Shown here in pieces: positions 9,401-16,545 of a DNA stretch of 32,000 nucleotides. How positions within the stretch are numbered: position 1 is the stretch's first letter; each line of letters begins with the position of its first letter. This DNA comes from an uncultured bacterium. GTDB lineage: Bacteria > Auribacterota > JACPWU01. The stretch spans positions 90,001 through 122,000 of the forward strand of contig CAZXEQ010000002.1 of the NCBI GenBank assembly GCA_964640155.1, read 5' to 3'. Both the position numbers and the translations under genes were made by a program. The notes under the pieces were generated by a model. That model did no database searches, was not told the origin of the DNA, and saw nothing but the letters and a program-made list of their open reading frames with translations.

Positions 9401-9738
9401 CTCGGCAAATTCCTGATCTTAGTCCCCTTGATATATCTGCCATTACAGCTAATAACATCGCGAATGCTATAAATAAATTTGCATCTAGAAAATTTTCTCC
9501 TCACTTACAACAACTTCTTGAACATTTGGTTGATTTAGATGTTCCTATAGAGTTTTTAATGATGGTTTTAGATCATCTTTCATCTGGAGATTCTAAATTG
9601 GCTAACGAATTAATTACAAAAATTTCCAAAACAAAACCTGAAGTCATTCATGCGCTCATACATTTTCCTGCTGAACAAGCTGCCGAAGAATTAATAATTA
9701 CACAAGATAGCTGGAGAAAGCTTCAAGAAGCAGCGTAA
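3424..9738 (+). CDS. Giant (2104 aa) multidomain protein: N-terminal signal/anchor, PrmA-like SAM methyltransferase module, PPP-family metallophosphatase module, large regions of unknown function
   Basis: One uninterrupted 6.3-kb ORF. The N-terminus FWRIFVLIAFAFQTLTSDA looks like a signal peptide or anchor. Catalytic motifs of two enzyme families sit mid-protein (see the sub-features). All nested ORFs on other frames are short. Confidence 0.85.
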   Translation: MTSIFSHKFWRIFVLIAFAFQTLTSDAFLTSVSQNPISIKPFTWAAHLGTIVEQSQGSRGPFILHIQEAHSVPQAQKKIAEIIQWFQNQGLSKESLSIAVEGAVGPIPTSFLGNFPYAKGREEITQTLIDEGWLTGAEALAISHPEYRLRIFGIEESQAYLKNFWSFRKAQAAWHQKESQWNELTQMLDQTRENVDSPTLLRWSTQFFHFKDGNLSFKDWISFLNQEKFHPQNEQARTLLQTLQQISGMDESAIKKEFMELSEKISKKSSKEDLKKFIELQLRFRLGKIDSTSYYEELANALDKNELSLKDFPHLQKTIQLQQKLSEIEWDKALETLLNDVESHIQNHLIKTEEERSLWDFEKSLRLAQHVFQLKASRKEWEEFKRPGSISTSFRPRIQTLRDDRTSRLSFPKVSIGNPFFLTKEISQLSWFEKSNLSSTEKENFLKNHYLLLTLSKQAQEFYYHAEERDEILFKNIESLIKKEKPKALIVITGGFHTSPLLQKLKEKHFSFCSVTPQMSGTISDELYLKRMMDQTLESNNFHTIPLASILNPLFDLLNHEAAEKLRKNIMGHFVAWARRNNIAREAIIARWPKPNIPSAPDQALITALSQVWDAPITELPTQGITEEQTRELVKLGEPISSLLEQYLTQIHDNNLLEIVKAEKDDIDDEMRLESEPNLLVLINNPFIQHILKRRKNLTRAIKDARIVKKFLVFNRSTVKRIFDRINAMPDERILEKINKFLASNLINNITGPIEEFLRRETVADNDFHQVFMNCVHHLMTPDLLDQPREIGKRYLAYVEYGYLLLKAVEILSRTKPYLLKVTPATVQVSASPTNIRDKDEAICEALTERIFQETNLGRTIYPKIDCEKVTYKPVGGGHFTLEDDDITGLIKFIRIGPLFFIEEDIYQGLSSDLRKDLGDNVIRLTSVKGDIAPLMYGNYTRAVITMMLNNDFSGKRVVDAGAGNGILSLVALKLGATFVDLIDHSIEELERAKALLELNGFVPEKHFLLHMHDLKNPDAILKVLSSHDGETAVISNIGTHPYNYTVTNADSIRLASKIPRVTLFIGGGDEDTDDFSQARSIDQELIGQEGFVVHPVISRIHDYETIITAWAATKKVEERITPNEPEADIEEKVQKAREKNKSEEWVGRKNDHVLTTLKKPFERRHVAIGDVHGEQFAVQQNLRDAGLVDENDDWIGGNAIVVQLGDIIDRGPHSYEVDVYLRKLQQQARKAGGNVIRLLGNHEDMFLRGMLGDKKQYNDWWLAWTTSMAYLYNPAFNTAFQKVGYNNFPDLIKSDTPPEDPELLKWWHLYRNLLTDIENGNIQAAYEHNNVLFTHAGLKGKTGILPASDGKTAAAYNAERLNEILIDEYFRIKNPPPGEEQIPRSPFLLSALWNRALDSSPAFDLQVVAHVPNQNNRNIRIGEIKVIRTDIGQSAAMYQDKGRRGYVDIEGNEVRGIDLAKTSDPVLPEGVRGYKGIPNAIQNIGNAVDKKVDEVLSKAIEVGPTKIVGLTFDGSIVTQKAFPKMGSGHGISSESLPSLAANEGVSFTETEMDNLKKVWSKVIDRNFQLGILRDENVIYHAQGSEEIAYTHAGITKAGGIFRDAQRRIWLTENFLKWLLNNDTALLERIIEHDLKHLNDPDYRHDNDLAYYNPSTKKGLLTDVKLAVLQMILERTDNGRAVLIEDTSVEPSDDSLVMQEMPIGISRTLTLLDELIQELTPKKDPLLTYLRKMRESINVFDESPYGSLNVASGLLAISYIQDKISFLINKEKWPLCSMDLKDLNHLDKLFLKAALYKEARTWQFMEDEIPLQLPIRERIHTEYERLRQALEDGEKISSLTPELLEMSRTLLAMQIHAEYVGYEAQRAFVAQHLPQGASSDSLAAHARNRSQTRGKESLGNLISSFLDMVLISGLYGMGADDTDRGWERGVKIYCAAHYLQNRHLWKDLLGISLEVIERDENQSGRAILDPEQGFTPNGPESLPFLRNPAYFDPRQIPDLSPLDISAITANNIANAINKFASRKFSPHLQQLLEHLVDLDVPIEFLMMVLDHLSSGDSKLANELITKISKTKPEVIHALIHFPAEQAAEELIITQDSWRKLQEAA
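4596..4680 (+). repeat. GC-enriched double-palindrome element lying in frame inside the giant CDS (MITE/REP-like)
   Basis: Two tandem units each begin GTCATTCC. Hairpin 1 pairs gtcattccgg (4599-4608) with ccgggatgac (4626-4635), 10 bp including one G-U. Hairpin 2 pairs attcccga (4653-4660) with tcgggaat (4670-4677), 8 bp. Local GC is clearly above the flanks. The element encodes SFRPRIQTLRDDRTSRLSFPKVSIGNP. Confidence 0.4.
6211..6630 (+). other. Domain: class I SAM-dependent methyltransferase, PrmA-like
   Basis: GNYTRAVITMMLNNDFSGKRVVDAGAGNGILSLVALKLGATFVDLIDHSIEELERAKALLELNGF contains motif I (VxDxGxGxG) followed by an acidic motif II. The later AVISNIG mirrors the PrmA layout (xVxANI). Confidence 0.7.
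6913..7730 (+). other. Domain: calcineurin-like / PPP-family metallophosphoesterase (lambda-phosphatase/Shelph-like)
   Basis: All three PPP signature motifs appear in order: IGDVHGE (GDxHG), LGDIIDRGP (GDxxDRG) and LGNHED (GNHE). The downstream metal-ligand histidines are in FTHAG and VVAHVP. Confidence 0.8.
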
Positions 9739-9870
9739 AAAATATTGTTTATCTTTCTTAAGAACACTCAAATCTCAACTTTCCATTTTCAAAAGCTTGT
9801 TCTCTCTGATATTCTAAGACTAATTTAAATCACTCACAAAACAGGGGGAAGAGATTTTAATCTCATACAC

Positions 9871-10893
9871 ATGCGCGTCGGGTTAACTTTCAATCTCAAA
9901 GATCCTCATGCAAACCCGGCAGACGAACAAGGGGCAGAATGGGACTCTCCTGAAACCATCAACGCCATTGTTCAGGCCTTATCAACAGAACATGTGGTTA
10001 TTCCCATTTTAGCGGATGAAGAGGCTTTTCCTAAACTCAAGAAAGAACGGCCTGATATTGTTTTTAACATCGCAGAAGGAAAGCTCGGGCCCAATCGCGA
10101 AGCCCATATTCCGGCCATGCTAGAATTTTTAGGGATCCCTTACACAGGTTCAGATCCTCTAACTTTAAGTATTTGCCTAGATAAAGCCATGACAAAAAAA
10201 GTTCTTAAGTTTAGCAATATTCCTACTCCCCCTTTTCAAGTGGTTCAAGAAGTTTCGCAGTTGAATGGATTTAATTCTTTTCCTGCTCTTGTAAAACCCT
10301 TATGGGAAGGCTCTAGCATTGGTATTCACAATGCTTCCTGGGTTGAAAACAAAAAAGAACTTGATACTCAAGTAAATCGTGTAACTGAGAACTATCATCA
10401 ACCTGCTATCATTGAACAAGCTGTAACCGGAAGAGAATTTACCGTTGCACTTTTAGGCAATGAAGAAAATCTGACCGTGCTTCCTATTGTTGAAGTCAGA
10501 CTTGATGTTCTTCCAACCCAAGCTCGTCCGATTTACTCCTACGAAGCCAAATGGATTTGGGATATCCCAGAAAAACCCTTAGAAATTTTTCAGTGCCCTG
10601 CTTTGATTGACAACCCATTAAAATTACAAATTGAAAAAATAGCAAAAGACGCTTTTAAAGCTCTTTCGTGTAGAGACTGGTGCCGCATAGATATTCGACT
10701 AGACGCTAAGGGGGAACCTCACGTTTTAGAACTGAATCCCCTGCCCGGTATTTTGCCAGATCCAAAACAGAATTCATGTTTCCCAAAAGCAGCTCGAGCC
10801 GCAGGACTCAGCTACACACAAATGATTTTCAAAGTTCTTGAGTCCGCCCTTCAACGTTATCATCTCGACTCTGAAAGAACGATCCATGCGTGA
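9871..10893 (+). CDS. ATP-grasp amide ligase, D-Ala-D-Ala-ligase-like but non-canonical (paralog 1)
   Basis: 340 aa. ATP-grasp core motifs are ALVKPLWEGSSIGI, IEQAVTGREFTVALLG and CRIDIRLDAKGEPHVLELNPLPG (Mg/ATP E-x-N). The N-terminus MRVGLTFNLKD lacks the Ddl GGxSxE(H/R)xVS motif. Confidence 0.85.
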   Translation: MRVGLTFNLKDPHANPADEQGAEWDSPETINAIVQALSTEHVVIPILADEEAFPKLKKERPDIVFNIAEGKLGPNREAHIPAMLEFLGIPYTGSDPLTLSICLDKAMTKKVLKFSNIPTPPFQVVQEVSQLNGFNSFPALVKPLWEGSSIGIHNASWVENKKELDTQVNRVTENYHQPAIIEQAVTGREFTVALLGNEENLTVLPIVEVRLDVLPTQARPIYSYEAKWIWDIPEKPLEIFQCPALIDNPLKLQIEKIAKDAFKALSCRDWCRIDIRLDAKGEPHVLELNPLPGILPDPKQNSCFPKAARAAGLSYTQMIFKVLESALQRYHLDSERTIHA

Positions 10894-11926
10894 GAAAAAT
10901 ACATCGAGAAAAATTGTAATCATCTATGATGCTACTCCTGATTCTCAACAAGACACAGAAATCAAGGCGGCATTGGACATTCTTAAAGACGTACAAAGCA
11001 TTCAAGGGATTCTGAATAAGGATGGATTCAAAACAGAAATCCTAGGGCTTCGTTTTCCACTGATGGAAAAAATTCAATATTTGATCGATTTCAAACCAGA
11101 TCTTGTTTTTAATTTATGTGAGGGGTTAGGAGAAAACAGCTCTTCAGAAATTCATGTGGCCTCTGTTTTAGAACTCTTTAATATCCCTTTTACAGGATCA
11201 GGCCCTCTTGCATTGGCGCTCTGCCATAACAAAGCTTTGACCAAAGCCATCTTAAATACTCATCACATTCCCACCCCTCAATATCTTGTCATAAAACCTG
11301 GTGATAAAATTTCAAAAAATGGATTGGGCTTTCCATTGATCGTAAAACCTATTCATGAAGATGGAAGTTTTGGAATTGAAGATGATTCTGTTGTTTCAAA
11401 TATGCAAGAGCTAAAAAATAAAACTATCATGATTCATAAAGTTTTTCATCAACCCGCTATCATTGAAGAATATATTGATGGTCGTGAATTTAATGTTTCT
11501 ATTTTAGGGAATAATTCTTTTGATTTTGTGCAAATGAGAGAAATTGAATTTTCCCCTTCTTCTGATGTTAAAATACTCAGTTTTAAATCTAAATGGAAGC
11601 AATCTAGTTTGGACTATCAAGCAACTCTTTCAACTTCCGTAAAACAACTTTCTAAATCTATTGAAAATAAAATCTTGTGCTTAGCTCAAGAATGTTTCAG
11701 AATCTTTAATATGAGGGATTACGCAAGAATTGATTTTCGCTTTGGGAAAAGCGAAGTCCCTTATGTGATTGATATTAATCCCAATCCCTGTATCTCTGAC
11801 GGATCAGGCATGGTGCTCGCAGCAAAACAAAATAAAATAAATTATGCAAACCTTATCCGAAAAATCGCTCATCTCGGGCTTGCAAGAAGTTCTGCCCTGC
11901 AAAGTTCGAGACGCCATTCTTTCTGA
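10886..11926 (+). CDS. ATP-grasp amide ligase, D-Ala-D-Ala-ligase-like but non-canonical (paralog 2)
   Basis: The track ORF starts at 10838. I prefer the ATG at 10886 (MREKNTSRKIVIIYD), which overlaps the upstream stop by 8 nt (ATGCGTGA). Motifs are LIVKPIHEDGSFGI, IEEYIDGREFNVSILG and ARIDFRFGKSEVPYVIDINPNPC. It is clearly paralogous to the preceding gene (PDLVFNLCEG...FNIPFTGSGPLALALCHNKALTK). Confidence 0.85.
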   Translation: MREKNTSRKIVIIYDATPDSQQDTEIKAALDILKDVQSIQGILNKDGFKTEILGLRFPLMEKIQYLIDFKPDLVFNLCEGLGENSSSEIHVASVLELFNIPFTGSGPLALALCHNKALTKAILNTHHIPTPQYLVIKPGDKISKNGLGFPLIVKPIHEDGSFGIEDDSVVSNMQELKNKTIMIHKVFHQPAIIEEYIDGREFNVSILGNNSFDFVQMREIEFSPSSDVKILSFKSKWKQSSLDYQATLSTSVKQLSKSIENKILCLAQECFRIFNMRDYARIDFRFGKSEVPYVIDINPNPCISDGSGMVLAAKQNKINYANLIRKIAHLGLARSSALQSSRRHSF

Positions 11927-12401
11927 CCGACAAAAAATTCAATCCATTTTAGAATCGGTGGGTGTTTTTAACTCCACAGAAGTGGAATGCGCTATTTCTT
12001 TGTTCGATATTTATATTAAAGTTGGCGCTAAGCCAGAAGAGTACATTTTCCTCTGTGCCGAAGATGCAGCAGGAAAAATCACTGGATTTCTTTGCTACGG
12101 AGAAGCCTCTTTAACGCATGGGACCTATGATCTTTATTGGGTTGCCACAGATCCTCTTCATCAAAAAAAAGGCATCGCTAGCCTTCTTATGAAAGCACTT
12201 GAAGAACAACTTCAAAAATTAAATGCTCGTTGGATACTCGCTGAAACATCCTCTCGCATAGAATATACATCCACGCGCCGATTTTACACCCAGCAAGACT
12301 ACAAAATTATTTCAACCATTCAAGATTACTACAATGCAGGTGATGATTTAGTTGTTTTTGGGAAAAGAATCTCGGCACGAGAAAAAGAAGCTAAGAATTA
12401 A
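11844..12401 (+). CDS. GNAT-family N-acetyltransferase
   Basis: 185 aa. The acetyl-CoA motif A is YWVATDPLHQKKGIASLLMKALEEQL (Q/R-x-x-G-x-A/G). The start is uncertain: the ATG at 11844 overlaps the upstream gene by 83 nt, and a TTG at 11880 is the alternative. Confidence 0.8.
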   Translation: MQTLSEKSLISGLQEVLPCKVRDAILSDRQKIQSILESVGVFNSTEVECAISLFDIYIKVGAKPEEYIFLCAEDAAGKITGFLCYGEASLTHGTYDLYWVATDPLHQKKGIASLLMKALEEQLQKLNARWILAETSSRIEYTSTRRFYTQQDYKIISTIQDYYNAGDDLVVFGKRISAREKEAKN

Positions 12402-12460
12402 ACATTTTTCGTTGAGAGAATAATCAATTAACGGTAGAATAAAGAAAAAGGGGGAATTGA

Positions 12461-13711
12461 TTGAAGGATAAAATCCTTAAATCGCTTGATGCCACGCAGG
12501 AACAATGGTCGGATTGGCATTGGCAAATGCGTTCTCGTTTTACAACCGCCAAAGAGCTCAAAAACTTTATTCATCTTTCTAAGGAAGAGGAAAAAGGGAT
12601 TGCATGGGCTTCTGATCAAAAAAATCTTCCACTTGCCATTCCTCCCTATTTTGTCTCACTGATGGATCCCAATGACCCCAATTGTCCTATTCGCCGTCAA
12701 GTCATCTGTCGCGTAGAAGAATCTTATGATGCTGTTTTTGATATGCAAGATCCTTGTGGTGAAGATTCTCACACCCCTGTCCCCAATCTGGTTCATCGCT
12801 ATCCCGATCGTGTTCTTTTAATTGCCACAGACCGCTGTCTTTCTTATTGTCGCTACTGCACCAGAAAAAGAATTGTAGGAACAGGTGAAGTCGGACTTTC
12901 CACCGAGAAACTCAACAAAATTTGTGAATATTTAGAAAAAACACCTCAAGTGCGTGACGTTCTGATTTCAGGCGGAGATCCTCTGATTCAGTCTGATGAG
13001 AGAATTGATCAACTTCTAGGTCGACTGAGAAAGATCAAACATCTTGAAATTTTGCGCATTGGAACAAGGGCTCCCATTTTTATTCCGCAACGTGTTACAT
13101 CCGATTTAGTTTCAGTTTTAAAGAAATATCATCCATTTATGATGAGCATTCACATCAATCATCCCAAAGAAATTTCAGAAGAGTCCAGCAAAGCCCTTCA
13201 AATGCTTGTGGACGGTGGCATTCCTTTAGGAAGTCAAACCGTTCTTTTAAAGGGAGTCAATGACCAACCCGAGATTGTCACCAAACTTTGCCATGAACTT
13301 TTGAAAGTCCGCGTCAAACCCTATTATCTTTATCAATGCGATCCTATTTTCGGAACCGAGCATTTCCGAACCAGTGTCGATGTGGGCGTCAAAATCATTG
13401 AAAAAATGAGGGGACATACGACAGGTTATGCGATTCCCACCTTTGTGGTAGATGCGCCTGGAGGCGGTGGGAAAATTCCTGTTGCACCTAATTATCTCAT
13501 TTCAAAAGTACGGGATAAAACCATTTTAAGAAATTATGAAAATAAGATTTTTGAATATCATGACCCCCTTGAAGTTGGGATTCAAAAGAAAAAGACCAAA
13601 ATAGATCATCACCTCCCTGTTCAACTCACCCTTCCTCTCAGTGTTGAGGCCCTCAAACCCTCTTCCAATACTAAATCTTCCAAACCTAAGCTCAAAAGCG
13701 CATTGAGATAA
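12461..13711 (+). CDS. kamA: Lysine 2,3-aminomutase (radical SAM / PLP), full-length KamA/AblA type
   Basis: 416 aa with a TTG start and an AAGGGGG RBS. The radical-SAM triad is CLSYCRYC (CxxxCxxC). The PLP-lysine loop is FVVDAPGGGGK. Close collinear resemblance to Clostridium KamA (HRYPDRVLL, VRDVLISGGDP, PYYLYQCD, EHFRT). Confidence 0.9.
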   Translation: MKDKILKSLDATQEQWSDWHWQMRSRFTTAKELKNFIHLSKEEEKGIAWASDQKNLPLAIPPYFVSLMDPNDPNCPIRRQVICRVEESYDAVFDMQDPCGEDSHTPVPNLVHRYPDRVLLIATDRCLSYCRYCTRKRIVGTGEVGLSTEKLNKICEYLEKTPQVRDVLISGGDPLIQSDERIDQLLGRLRKIKHLEILRIGTRAPIFIPQRVTSDLVSVLKKYHPFMMSIHINHPKEISEESSKALQMLVDGGIPLGSQTVLLKGVNDQPEIVTKLCHELLKVRVKPYYLYQCDPIFGTEHFRTSVDVGVKIIEKMRGHTTGYAIPTFVVDAPGGGGKIPVAPNYLISKVRDKTILRNYENKIFEYHDPLEVGIQKKKTKIDHHLPVQLTLPLSVEALKPSSNTKSSKPKLKSALR

Positions 13712-13754
13712 GTTTGATTAAATTTTTCTCTACAATCATTCTTGAAATCGTATA

Positions 13755-14765
13755 ATGGTTCGCTTTATGAATGAACGTCCATTTTTAGAAACAATCGATT
13801 TTGGCATCGCTTGGGAATGGGAGTATGATCAGGATTTCATCAAAAACCTGACACTCGCATGCGAAAAACATTCTCTCTCTTATCTCACCCTACATCCCAA
13901 AAATTTTGAAACAATCAAAAAGCGTGTTGATGAAGGCTCTCTTTCATTTCGAACTTTCTTAGATCGAGCCGGAGACACCTTAGAATATTTCAATCCTGTT
14001 GTAGAAAAACTACGCGCTAAGGGAACTTGGATTATCAATCATGCAAGTGACGTCGAAAGATCCCGTGATAAAGCGACAATGCATCTAGAATTTCTAACCA
14101 AAGGACTTGAAGTCCCTTTCACCGTCATCCTCTCTTCTTATGATAAAGACCCTGAACTTCGTTTTAGCGAACTTGAAAATCTGGGACGACCTTTCATCAT
14201 CAAACCCGCATGCGGCGCGGGTGGTTTGGGAGTAGTGATGGGGGCAGAAAATCTCTTAGATATTATTGAAGCTCGTAAAGAATATCGTCAGGATAAATAT
14301 TTGCTTCAACGTAAAATCATTCCCCGAAATTTGGGACCGCGCAGAGCTTGGTTTCGATCTTATTATGTATGCGGGAAAGTCATTTCATGTTGGTGGGATG
14401 ATCAAACACATCTTTATGATGTGATAACGCCTGAAGAAAATAATTTTTATCGCCTTTCAAAATTCAAAACCATCATGAAAACAATTTCTGAAGTCGCACA
14501 GCTTAATTTCTTTTCTTCAGAAATTGCCATTGATGCAGACAATAAATTTATCGTGGTCGACTACGTGAATGAACCCTGCGACATGAGAATCAAGTCTATT
14601 CATCCAGATGGAGTCCCAGACCTCGTGGTTCAAGAAGTCGTAGAAGCTTTAATTGTAGGAGTAAAAAGAGAATTAAAAAATCAACATATGAATACTTCTG
14701 CAATAAAACAGGCGGGGCCTTCTTTTCTTCAAAACGCCGGGAAACAGGTCAGCACAAAAATTTAA
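13755..14765 (+). CDS. ATP-grasp family ligase (third, divergent, RimK/GshB-like)
   Basis: 336 aa. It has the glycine-rich ATP-grasp loop FIIKPACGAGGLGVVMG, then YLLQRKIIP and a C-terminal metal-binding region, FSSEIAIDADNKFIVVDYVNEPCD. The ATG at 13767 is an alternative start. Confidence 0.75.
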   Translation: MVRFMNERPFLETIDFGIAWEWEYDQDFIKNLTLACEKHSLSYLTLHPKNFETIKKRVDEGSLSFRTFLDRAGDTLEYFNPVVEKLRAKGTWIINHASDVERSRDKATMHLEFLTKGLEVPFTVILSSYDKDPELRFSELENLGRPFIIKPACGAGGLGVVMGAENLLDIIEARKEYRQDKYLLQRKIIPRNLGPRRAWFRSYYVCGKVISCWWDDQTHLYDVITPEENNFYRLSKFKTIMKTISEVAQLNFFSSEIAIDADNKFIVVDYVNEPCDMRIKSIHPDGVPDLVVQEVVEALIVGVKRELKNQHMNTSAIKQAGPSFLQNAGKQVSTKI

Positions 14766-15073
14766 CTTCTCTCCCTATCAAGATCTTCAAATTTATAAAT
14801 AATCTCTTTAGGCTTAGCCATTCCTAATTCTTCGCGAGCGACTTTTTCAATATACAGAGGATCTGATTTGAGTCGTCCGATTTCTTCCTGAAGATTTTGA
14901 TTTTGAGTTTGCAAACTTTCAATCTCATCTTCCAAAACTTGAATCTGCTGATAAACTCTAGTTAATCTTAAGAAGTTCGGAGAAAAAACATAAATCAAAA
15001 GCGCAAAAATCACCGCGCCAAAAACAATGTTTTTCCAACCATCTTTCTTCATGAAAAACCCTAAACGGTTCAC
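14762..15073 (-). CDS. ftsB: Septum formation initiator, FtsB/DivIC family
   Basis: One N-terminal TM helix (IVFGAVIFALLIYVF), then a coiled coil (LEDEIESLQTQNQNLQEEIGRLKSD) and the family C-terminus YIEKVAREELGMAKPKEIIYKF. The track start at 15073 is a GTG; the ATG at 15052 is equally plausible. Confidence 0.8.
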   Translation of the reverse strand: MNRLGFFMKKDGWKNIVFGAVIFALLIYVFSPNFLRLTRVYQQIQVLEDEIESLQTQNQNLQEEIGRLKSDPLYIEKVAREELGMAKPKEIIYKFEDLDRERS

Positions 15074-15117
15074 CTATTATCCGGTAACCGGTAAACTGGC
15101 TAACCGGCAAACTAATT

Positions 15118-16487
<1,370 letters not shown>

Positions 16488-16545
16488 GATTTTTTATCAA
16501 ATATACTTTGTTTGATCTCGGAGATTAAAGTATGTCCTTTACAAT

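Noticed and set aside
3379-9458. Nine short track ORFs nested in or antisense to the giant gene (3379..3591, 3500..3736, 5102..5368, 5487..5684, 6499..6966, 8140..8322, 8376..8570, 8939..9136, 9234..9458)
   Set aside because: All are contained within a 6.3-kb continuous ORF that carries real catalytic motifs. None has a motif or a convincing RBS. The 155-aa antisense ORF at 6499..6966 is Phe/Ser/Ile-rich, as expected from reading AT-rich coding DNA backwards.
9871-11926. Calling the two ATP-grasp genes ddlA/ddlB (peptidoglycan D-Ala-D-Ala ligase)
   Set aside because: The N-terminal GGxSxE(H/R)xVS motif of true Ddl is missing in both. They sit in a kamA/GNAT cassette rather than a mur/fts context.
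12461-13711. Interpreting the aminomutase as EpmB (EF-P beta-lysylation)
   Set aside because: The protein is full-length KamA-type (416 aa with a C-terminal domain), not the shorter EpmB type. No epmA or efp lies nearby. The neighbours are ligases and a GNAT.
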